IMG/VR virus record: IMGVR_UViG_3300045988_044858
Span: 1 to 36,557 of that record
Strand: one strand, 5' to 3'
DNA: 36,557 bases
From: a virus
Positions 30,361-36,557 of this stretch are shown here, one piece after another; the first letter of the stretch is position 1; every line of letters begins with the position of its first letter. The notes beneath the pieces were generated by a model that saw nothing but the letters and a program-made list of their open reading frames with translations, ran no database searches and had not been told where the DNA came from. Made by a program: the position numbers and the translations under genes.

Positions 30361-31533
30361 CTAATCATTATTTGCGTATCTCGGGCGGTATTTACGTATA
30401 AGATAATCAACGCCGTAGCGCACAGCGTCCAATGCATGGTTGTAAGCGTCTACCGGCTCGTTGGTGTACGTGTCGGTCAGGTTGTCCTTGACGTAGGTGT
30501 AATTGTCCGCCTCGTCCAGTACGTTAGTGCTCCGCTTCGTTACAAACAGGTTGAACTGCTTCACCTGTTGTATGCCCGCCCGGATAGATCCTTTTCCCTT
30601 GATGCAGGGGATCGTGTTACAGCCCAGGCCGCGCAATTCTATAATAGACTTCTGCTCCGCGTTGTCGCATACCGTAATGGTACGGTGCAGGCCTTCGTCC
30701 TTGAGACGCTCGGCGATCGTTCGGTTCAGCATCTTCGTCTCGTAGCATACTTCGTCTATGTACAGGTTCATGCCCCGCATGTAGATTTTGACGATAGCGG
30801 TCGGGTCGTTCTGGAAGCCAAAATCAAGCCCTGTAACGAACTTTACGTCCTCGCCCGTTAAATCCTCCGGCAAAGCGTCGATCGTCTCAATTTGGGGATA
30901 TACGAGGCCTTCCAGACCGCCAGTCAGTCCTTCACCGTAGACGCGCCACCAATTAGCATCCTTGGCGTTGCGCTCTATCGCTTCTACTTGCTGCTTGGAT
31001 AGATACGGGTTGTCCTTGTAGGTCGAGTGGATCGTTACGTACTTGTCGCCTGTGAAGTCCGTCTCGCCCCAGAAGCGCCGCACCGGGTTGAAGTCAATAA
31101 TAACCTTGATCGTGGTACGTACGTCCAGCTGTCGGAATATCTCGCGGGGCACGCGCTGCGCCTCGTTGATGAAAAGAATGTCCCGGGCCGGACCATGTAC
31201 CTTCGACGCGTTGTCACACCCGAAGAACTCGATGCACACGCCCGGCTTCACCGTGTAGATCAAGTCGGACTTGTTGAGGGCGTTGTCGTCCCACACCCCC
31301 TCATCTAACAGCATGTTCTGGAAGTCACGGAACATACCGCGCTTGACCGCCGGGAGCGTGTCGGTAACACAGGAGATCATCAGAGGCTCGGTGCTTTCGC
31401 TAGCGACCAGATAGAGGAGCTGTAACACACTCCACGTCTTGGATGAACGTGTACCACCCTTGCTTGCTATACCTCTTATATAGGGGTCGCAAAACGGTCC
31501 TATCATCTTGTTAAATACGTAGGTGCAATTCAT
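30361..31533 (-). CDS. terL: terminase large subunit (PBSX / Terminase_3 type)
   Basis: 390 aa with a Walker A-like KGGTRSSKT, Walker B DILFINEA, STYKDNPYL, and the nuclease motifs GLDFGFQNDPTA, CDNAEQKSI and NHALDAVRY. Confidence 0.9.
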   Translation of the reverse strand: MNCTYVFNKMIGPFCDPYIRGIASKGGTRSSKTWSVLQLLYLVASESTEPLMISCVTDTLPAVKRGMFRDFQNMLLDEGVWDDNALNKSDLIYTVKPGVCIEFFGCDNASKVHGPARDILFINEAQRVPREIFRQLDVRTTIKVIIDFNPVRRFWGETDFTGDKYVTIHSTYKDNPYLSKQQVEAIERNAKDANWWRVYGEGLTGGLEGLVYPQIETIDALPEDLTGEDVKFVTGLDFGFQNDPTAIVKIYMRGMNLYIDEVCYETKMLNRTIAERLKDEGLHRTITVCDNAEQKSIIELRGLGCNTIPCIKGKGSIRAGIQQVKQFNLFVTKRSTNVLDEADNYTYVKDNLTDTYTNEPVDAYNHALDAVRYGVDYLIRKYRPRYANND

Positions 31534-32222
31534 TACTTATCCTCCTCTTTATGATCCTTCTTGAAGTTCTTAATCGAGCTAACCTTTGCGCGCACTTTCG
31601 GATCGGTGACATTCACAGTCAAGCCGCCTTTGATGGCTTCGCCGTTGGACGTGTAGTCCATTTGCGTTTTAATGCCCCGTAGCGCACGAACGTAGTTGGC
31701 GTCGAACTGTCCCACCGTCGCGCCCTGATCGAGGTCCTGTGCGATGGCTTCGCGTATCCTGTCGATCACCGCTATGAAGTCCGCGCATATCGTCAGATCG
31801 AACTCCTTGAGGTTCTCGGCGTACGTGGAGCGTCTATTGCTTAAGTACACGGGATTCGCCCCTAGGAACATGCAGAACTCGCCTTCCGATTGAAGGTGCT
31901 TCTTTGGCACTTCATAGAGCGTTCCAGCCATGTTTCCGGACTTGACGGCCTCTTGTGTTATAACGGGCGTCGCTTCGCACCAAGCCGAGTAAATCGCGTA
32001 GGCCTCCCAAAGTTCTTGGGGTTCTTGCCAAATAGGCGTCATACCGTAATGCGCCGTAGCGACCTGGTAGCACTTGGTGTAGTTGAACGAATCCGCTAAA
32101 TAGCGGGTCGTCGCGTATGTGGGAGCTAATTGGAAGTGCGCGTAATCCGGCCTAACCTTCTCGGGCTTTGGCAGCTGTACCGCTTCCTTAGTTTCTATGA
32201 TTTCTTTCTTCTTTGTAGCCAT
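31533..32222 (-). CDS. terS: putative terminase small subunit
   Basis: 229-aa ORF with a start/stop overlap to terL. It is the first gene of the late unit. The assignment is positional. Confidence 0.5.
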   Translation of the reverse strand: MATKKKEIIETKEAVQLPKPEKVRPDYAHFQLAPTYATTRYLADSFNYTKCYQVATAHYGMTPIWQEPQELWEAYAIYSAWCEATPVITQEAVKSGNMAGTLYEVPKKHLQSEGEFCMFLGANPVYLSNRRSTYAENLKEFDLTICADFIAVIDRIREAIAQDLDQGATVGQFDANYVRALRGIKTQMDYTSNGEAIKGGLTVNVTDPKVRAKVSSIKNFKKDHKEEDK

Positions 32223-32244
32223 ATAATTTTTATTTACAACTCTA

Positions 32245-32252
32245 CAAAATTA
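32245..32252 (-). promoter_or_regulatory. -7 box TAATTTTG upstream of terS (candidate late promoter)
   Basis: The minus strand reads gagTAATTTTGtagagttgtaaataaaaattatATG. No well-spaced TTTG -33 element is present. Confidence 0.45.
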
Positions 32253-32295
32253 CTCTTTTTCCGCCCAAATCGCATCATTTACGCCTATCAAAACC

Positions 32296-32351
32296 ATCTT
32301 TTACACCTGAAACCCCGATGGATAGGGCGTTTCAGCCCGAGTGTAAAAGAT
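32296..32351. other. 56-bp composite palindrome: two inverted iterons enclosing a nested hairpin
   Basis: atcttttacac / gtgtaaaagat (11 bp) flank ctgaaac-c-ccc-gatggata-ggg-c-gtttcag. Confidence 0.8.
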
Positions 32352-32352
32352 G

Positions 32353-32360
32353 CAAAGATA
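32353..32360 (-). promoter_or_regulatory. -7 box TATCTTTG abutting an iteron and the 56-bp palindrome
   Basis: The minus strand reads ttTATCTTTGcATCTTTTACAC. A transcript starting here would begin inside the 32296-32351 palindrome. Confidence 0.35.
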
Positions 32361-32482
32361 AAAAGACGTTTTCCCTATTAGATATATTTTAAAAAAATAC
32401 CCCAAATTAATTATTTAAAATAACAATAGTATATTTATGTTAACTGTATTATTACTTTTTATAATGTACTCCACTAGTATCT

Positions 32483-32584
32483 ATCTTTACATCTTTTACA
32501 AATACACTATATTACAGTATAAAGTACTATAAATAAGCGATTTAGGTGTAAAAGATACAAATTTTAACCTTTTACATCAAAAAC
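32483..32584. repeat. 103-bp dispersed repeat, copy R2
   Basis: Same orientation as 13096-13198. It lies in the ORF-free region upstream of terS. Confidence 0.85.
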
Positions 32585-32783
32585 TTGAAAAGTACGTTCT
32601 ACGTCTTGTGGGGCTGGTCAGCTGTAAATGATGAAATGGCAATGTAAAAGACGTTTTGGCTACTTTTTTTGTCAAAAACAGGCTTTTTAGTTAAAATACC
32701 GTTAAAATCAAGTTTTCTCTATAAAAAGTTTTCTCTCACAAAGTTTTTGTAGAAGTGCGCCAAAAGCGTGTTAACGGTTTTAA

Positions 32784-32820
32784 CACAAAAAGGGGTTAAC
32801 ATTTTTATACATTAACCCCT
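32784..32820 (-). terminator. rho-independent terminator ending the early unit
   Basis: The minus strand reads AGGGGTTAAtgtataaaaatgTTAACCCCTTTTTTGTGTT: a 9-bp stem, a 12-nt loop and a U-run, 7 nt after the stop at 32827. A second 7-bp hairpin, gtgttaa/ttaacac, follows at 32768-32786. Confidence 0.75.
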
Positions 32821-32826
32821 CAATCC

Positions 32827-33366
32827 TTATATAACCAACCCGTATAAAACCTTCCAGTCGTCCAAAATTTCTTTACATTTCCATTTCTCTGCCCTTTCTA
32901 TGTTTTCCCATCTCAAAGTACGGTGGTTCAACTTGTCTAGTGTCCTGCTACCGTCACAGTACATATTTACCCGGTACAGCATTGAAACCTCTATGCCGTA
33001 TTTGTTCATCTCGGTGTCCTTGCTCGTGTAGATCGGTCTCTCTATGTCGTCATTCTCATACGGTCCTACGCGCTTCTTGTCCTTGTCACGGTATAGCATG
33101 TTCTCTACTGTCGGTATGCGCTCCGGGTCGGTCCGTGTGTTCCTGTCGTCCCGTACCTTACTAGCCGCGTACATTATGTCCCGGATAGCTTCGCAGAATA
33201 TCTCGGCATTTACGGCGTGAAACGGTTTGCCCTTCACCTTGGCGTACTTCACGCCGTTCGCTTCAAGCCAGTTGAATATGAAAAACGCGTGGATATTATA
33301 AACTCGTGCCATATCTTCGATAAGCAGCACTTTTCTCTGATTCTTCTTAATATATGGTGTCGGCAT
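32827..33366 (-). CDS. hypothetical protein with a possible N-terminal excisionase-type HTH
   Basis: 179 aa. VLLIEDMARVYNIHAFFIFNWLEANGVKYAKVKGK resembles an HTH_17 pattern. It is the last gene before the strong terminator. Confidence 0.6.
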   Translation of the reverse strand: MPTPYIKKNQRKVLLIEDMARVYNIHAFFIFNWLEANGVKYAKVKGKPFHAVNAEIFCEAIRDIMYAASKVRDDRNTRTDPERIPTVENMLYRDKDKKRVGPYENDDIERPIYTSKDTEMNKYGIEVSMLYRVNMYCDGSRTLDKLNHRTLRWENIERAEKWKCKEILDDWKVLYGLVI

Positions 33367-33367
33367 A

Positions 33368-33469
33368 CTATAAATTGTTTAAGATACATACTAAAATACA
33401 ACCAAGCGCGATCCCCGCCGCTATCGCCAGGACCATTTGCCCCAGCATTTTCATAAATTCCTTCATCAT
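33368..33469 (-). CDS. candidate 33-aa single-pass membrane peptide
   Basis: My translation is MMKEFMKMLGQMVLAIAAGIALGCILVCILNNL. It has an ATGA overlap with the upstream stop and ends 1 nt before the next ATG. Confidence 0.35.
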   Translation of the reverse strand: MMKEFMKMLGQMVLAIAAGIALGCILVCILNNL

Positions 33470-33753
33470 AGCTTCAATGCTTCTTTAAGTTCACCGATCA
33501 AACGCAACGCCTCAATTCTCGACAAGTCCACCCGGCGTTCCGGCTCGCTTTTCCTGTAAATCGTGATCGTCGTAATCTCTTTGGCCGTACGTGGTACACG
33601 CTCGGCGTAAACCTCCACTTTATCGGGCGCGATCTTTGTAATACGTTCGCACTGTGGTTTACCCTCTTTCCCTAGAGCCGTCTTGAAACGGCCCGTTGCT
33701 TTTTCCATCTCTTCAATCTGTCTCATCTCGAATAAGTAATTCATATTTTCCAT
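33466..33753 (-). CDS. hypothetical small protein
   Basis: 95-aa ORF. Confidence 0.6.
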   Translation of the reverse strand: MENMNYLFEMRQIEEMEKATGRFKTALGKEGKPQCERITKIAPDKVEVYAERVPRTAKEITTITIYRKSEPERRVDLSRIEALRLIGELKEALKL

Positions 33754-33759
33754 AACTGT

Positions 33760-33930
33760 TTAAATTAATAACATTCCTATAAAACATAACACAAGCACCA
33801 CCGCTCCAAGCGCCGTACACACCGAAGAGAAAAAATCTATTAGGCGCGACTTATCAAAAACTATCGCCGCCGCCATACCAATAAAACTTAATCCCATTAA
33901 CGCAAAAAGTGCTATTATTGCTTTTTCCAT
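33760..33930 (-). CDS. candidate 56-aa two-pass membrane protein (below the track cutoff)
   Basis: My translation is MEKAIIALFALMGLSFIGMAAAIVFDKSRLIDFFSSVCTALGAVVLVLCFIGMLLI. It fills an otherwise empty 180-nt gap. Confidence 0.45.
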   Translation of the reverse strand: MEKAIIALFALMGLSFIGMAAAIVFDKSRLIDFFSSVCTALGAVVLVLCFIGMLLI

Positions 33931-33933
33931 AAC

Positions 33934-34401
33934 TTAAAATATTAAACTAATTAAATACCCTATCACATAGTTCAAACCAACGGCCAACATAATTCCGTGC
34001 CCGATCGCCCCGCCAACCGCGGTTAGAAGGAAGTCCACAAAGTCAGCCTTCCCGCCGTACAAATGATCCTTCACTTCCATGCCCAGGCCCACGCCCGTAG
34101 TGAACGGAGCGCCACACACCGCACCGAGCGGGATCGCGAATAAGAAATGCTTCCAGCGGTTAGACGCTTTCCACCAATCGCATATCTTTTGATACCGCTT
34201 CCGGGGGATCTCCGCAAATAGCTTTTCCGGGAAAGGTGCGAACTGCCCACTACTGTCTGACATTAAAGCAAAATCGAAGTCCTCCAACGGTTCGTAAGAA
34301 TAATAATCATGTCCCTTAATTCTCTTAATTCCCAAATACCTGTAGCGTTTTCCATCGCTCAAAATCACTACGTCACCTTTTTTGTAATCTGCTGTTCTCA
34401 T
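33934..34401 (-). CDS. membrane protein with an N-terminal YK-x-GD module
   Basis: 155 aa. The N-terminus DYKKGDVVILSDGKRYRYLG is shared with 34598-34831. The C-terminal half is Gly-rich and hydrophobic. Confidence 0.65.
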   Translation of the reverse strand: MRTADYKKGDVVILSDGKRYRYLGIKRIKGHDYYSYEPLEDFDFALMSDSSGQFAPFPEKLFAEIPRKRYQKICDWWKASNRWKHFLFAIPLGAVCGAPFTTGVGLGMEVKDHLYGGKADFVDFLLTAVGGAIGHGIMLAVGLNYVIGYLISLIF

Positions 34402-34601
34402 ACCTTCTTAAATATTATGTTACTACTGTCTATTATATCTACACACACCCAGCCCCCAGGACATTCGCACGGCTCGCCGCGCTTGTTGAACGCGCACCCG
34501 GCGCATAGCCCGCCTTTCGCTTGTAACTCGGTCATGTATGTCACGCCTTCGTGCTCGGCCTTCTGCCCCGGCTCGAAGAATATAAGCTTCACTTTTCTCA
34601 T
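34398..34601 (-). CDS. small 4-Cys protein, paralogue of 405-623
   Basis: Start moved to MRKVKLIFF, giving an ATGA overlap with the upstream stop. Contains GVTY...CAGCAF...CEC...C...NIIFK. Confidence 0.6.
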   Translation of the reverse strand: MRKVKLIFFEPGQKAEHEGVTYMTELQAKGGLCAGCAFNKRGEPCECPGGWVCVDIIDSSNIIFKKV

Positions 34602-34831
34602 TTTACCAATTTTACGTTTACGTCCATTTTCCAAGCAAACGGAACCGCTCCTATATTATAACCACACTTCTCGCACGCTTCGTCTGTCAAGGTGCAGAAT
34701 ATCGATAACCTGTTCGGCAATACCGGATCATACACATAACTTCTTAGTTTCCGGTTCTTTCCGCGATACACGTATTGTACACCGTCTGCCAGTTCTACGG
34801 TATCACCCACTTTGTAACTTACTTTTTTCAT
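34598..34831 (-). CDS. hypothetical small protein with an N-terminal YK-x-GD module
   Basis: 77 aa. SYKVGDTVELADGVQYVYRG parallels the N-terminus of 33934-34401. Confidence 0.6.
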   Translation of the reverse strand: MKKVSYKVGDTVELADGVQYVYRGKNRKLRSYVYDPVLPNRLSIFCTLTDEACEKCGYNIGAVPFAWKMDVNVKLVK

Positions 34832-35553
34832 ACTCTTGATTTATGAATAAATAATTTCTCTACTGCCCTCTCGGCCCTACCAGGGCTTAGGGCCGATGGT
34901 ATTTCACGCCCCCACACGCAAACGAAGTCGTCCGGCGCGTTGTATTCAGAAACAAACACATCATGCCCCTCGGCCACTCTCCCTCTGCACCAAGCCCAGA
35001 AATTTTCGTGGTCTATCGAGTACTTGTATTTTGAGACACCCTCATACGGAGGGTCACAATATATAATGGAATTAGGGGGGATACTCATATCGTTATAACT
35101 TCGATTAGTAAATTGTACCCCGTCTAGTAGGGGAACTTGTGCTAATATGTTACGGATTGCTTCTCCTATACGATCTCTAACTCCGCCCGCCGCGTCCACG
35201 GCTGAATGACCCGCATACCCTCCGAAAAATGTGCCGTTAAAACCCGCCATAAAACCAACCCATCCGATATAGTGCATCGGGTACCCATCCGAATTTTGTT
35301 TATAACATGTCCGCACATCGTAGTAATGCTCCCTGTCTATGATCTTTGGCGGGTCCCACCCCCACGACAACGCCTCCCACATTGCAATTAAATATGGGTT
35401 GCCATCATTAGCTATTCTATTACCCGGTACTTTATCTATCATATTGCATCCGCCGCAAAATGGCTCTACATAATATTGACCATCTTTTCTACCTTCTAAT
35501 ATAATGGCCAAAATTTGTTTGGCTATCCGCCGCTTACTTCCCATGTATATCAT
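34828..35553 (-). CDS. D12-class DNA N6-adenine methyltransferase (Dam-like)
   Basis: 241 aa with YMGSKRR, EPFCGGCN (the AdoMet-binding FxGxG region) and the catalytic IIYCDPPYEG (DPPY) motif. ATGA overlap with the SNF2 stop. Confidence 0.85.
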   Translation of the reverse strand: MIYMGSKRRIAKQILAIILEGRKDGQYYVEPFCGGCNMIDKVPGNRIANDGNPYLIAMWEALSWGWDPPKIIDREHYYDVRTCYKQNSDGYPMHYIGWVGFMAGFNGTFFGGYAGHSAVDAAGGVRDRIGEAIRNILAQVPLLDGVQFTNRSYNDMSIPPNSIIYCDPPYEGVSKYKYSIDHENFWAWCRGRVAEGHDVFVSEYNAPDDFVCVWGREIPSALSPGRAERAVEKLFIHKSRV

Positions 35554-36557
35554 ATTCTATATTTTTTAATTAGTTCCTTAACCATATCCATCAAGCCGTT
35601 TTGCGTGTCCGCCTTTCCGCTTAGAGCCGCTATAACCCGCTCGTCAATTGTACCCCGCGTAATAATGTGATGGACAAACACGCTGTTCTTTTGTCCCTGT
35701 CTCCACAAGCGGGCGTTGAACTGCTGGTATAACTCCAGGCTCCAGGTAGTACCGTACCATATTATACGGTTGCCTCCCTTCTGCATGTTCAGACCGTGCC
35801 CCGCGCTTGCCGGGTGTGTCACTAGGACGGGTATCTTTCCTTCGTTCCACCTGCGTACGCTATCCACGCCTTCAAGGGCTTCCGCTCCGAAACTCTTCAG
35901 GGCTTCCAATATGCGCGCTTTCTCGTGTTGGAAGTTGTACGCCACCAGTACGGGCGACCCGTTCGCGGCCTCTACCATCTCTACTAACGTCTCTAGCTTC
36001 TCATCATGCACGGTATGTATGTTCCGGTCTGCGTCATAGATCGCACCGCCTGCGAACTGTAAGAGTTTGTTTGATAGGGCGGCGGCGCTTAACGCTGTGA
36101 TCTCTTCCTCCTGCATAAGTTGTAGCACTTGATCCTCTTCAAACTTGTCGTACTGCTTCTTCACCTTCGGCGATAACTCTACGTAGTTGTTGAGGTATGT
36201 AAGTTCCGGCATGTCCAGGAAGTCTAGCGCTTTCATCGAAAGGGTAATGTCGGCTATCTTTTCGCCTAATACCGCCTCGGTTGTTGCAAGCGGTTTGTAC
36301 TCGTAAACTATCCCGCCGTTCTGCGCTCCGGGTCTGAAATAGTTGGCCCGGTAATCGGTGATTGTCTTCCCCAGCCTTTGCCCGCCATCGACTAAATACA
36401 TTTGCGCCCACAGGTCTATTAGTCCGTTTGGCGCGGGCGTTCCCGTCAGACCCACCACCCGGCTAACGCTACGCCGGATAATCTTCGCCGCCTTGAAGCG
36501 TTTAGACTGATGGTTCTTGAAAGAGGACAACTCGTCCAGTACTAACATGTCGTACGG
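35550..36557 (-). CDS. SNF2-family helicase, C-terminal part (continues from 421-1 across the circle junction)
   Basis: Contains LVLDELSSFKN, GLTGTP, a helicase C-terminal domain (ILVTHPASAGHGLNMQ) and RLWRQGQ (motif VI). Confidence 0.9.
   Translation of the reverse strand, partial: PYDMLVLDELSSFKNHQSKRFKAAKIIRRSVSRVVGLTGTPAPNGLIDLWAQMYLVDGGQRLGKTITDYRANYFRPGAQNGGIVYEYKPLATTEAVLGEKIADITLSMKALDFLDMPELTYLNNYVELSPKVKKQYDKFEEDQVLQLMQEEEITALSAAALSNKLLQFAGGAIYDADRNIHTVHDEKLETLVEMVEAANGSPVLVAYNFQHEKARILEALKSFGAEALEGVDSVRRWNEGKIPVLVTHPASAGHGLNMQKGGNRIIWYGTTWSLELYQQFNARLWRQGQKNSVFVHHIITRGTIDERVIAALSGKADTQNGLMDMVKELIKKYRI
36503..36557. repeat. 55-bp exact terminal direct repeat, copy 2 (identical to 1-55)
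   Basis: Direct comparison of the last 55 nt with the first 55 nt shows no mismatches. Confidence 0.95.

Larger units (their letters stand above)
32274..32652. promoter_or_regulatory. iteron cluster R2: seven TGTAAA[A/T]GA[T/C] sites around an AT-rich core
   Basis: Sites are at 32274-32283 (-, cGTAAATGAT), 32296-32305 (-), 32342-32351 (+), 32491-32500 (-), 32547-32556 (+), 32623-32632 (+) and 32643-32652 (+, ...GAC). Confidence 0.6.

Noticed and set aside
13096-32584. The 103-bp direct repeats read as attL/attR or as boundaries of an inserted mobile element
   Set aside because: No integrase, transposase or recombinase is present. The copies are only about 83% identical. The bracketed segment is the essential morphogenesis module of the phage itself.
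1-36557. Stop-codon reassignment of the kind seen in some Bacteroidota phages
   Set aside because: Long uninterrupted ORFs with standard stops cover nearly all of the coding strand. No gene looks fragmented by in-frame TAG or TGA.

Overview
The window is a complete, circularly closed tailed dsDNA phage genome. The first and last 55 bp are identical, so the unique length is 36,502 bp, and an SNF2 helicase gene is split across the window ends. All of the roughly 53 credible genes lie on the minus strand. The plus-strand ORFs in the track are shadow frames. I found no tRNA, rRNA, CRISPR array, integrase, reverse transcriptase or obvious repressor, so this looks like a virulent phage rather than a prophage, and I see no defence island.

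Three observations point to a Bacteroidota host. Promoters match TTTG-N18/19-TAnnTTTG. Start codons are preceded by A-rich leaders with no Shine-Dalgarno sequence. One tail protein carries three C-terminal BACON-like repeats.

The genome reads as two long co-directional transcription units.
- The early/replication unit runs 12709 down to 1, wraps to 36502, and ends at a strong terminator at 32784-32820. It encodes small accessory proteins, HTH proteins, a DUF2800 nuclease, a DUF2815 SSB-like protein, a family A DNA polymerase, a primase-helicase, a VRR-NUC nuclease, an SNF2 helicase and two orphan adenine methyltransferases.
- The late unit runs 32222 down to 13275. It encodes TerS, TerL, fibre and tail proteins, a tape-measure-like protein, a protease/scaffold, the major capsid protein, three tandem paralogues, a putative portal, and a holin, M15 endolysin and spanin-like protein.

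The most unusual signal is non-coding. Each unit is headed by an AT-rich ORF-free region of about 0.6 kb (12710-13274 and 32223-32826). The two regions are paralogous. They share a 103-bp repeat at about 83% identity by eye and together hold about a dozen copies of the decamer TGTAAA[A/T]GAT in both orientations. This looks like a dedicated, undescribed control or origin system, but no function can be assigned from sequence alone.

Other notable points are mosaic repeated promoter cassettes, a 49-bp perfect hairpin repeat, in-frame Pro/Glu-rich tandem repeats in three proteins, and several paralogous small proteins. All homology calls come from motif recognition by eye. No database search was run.
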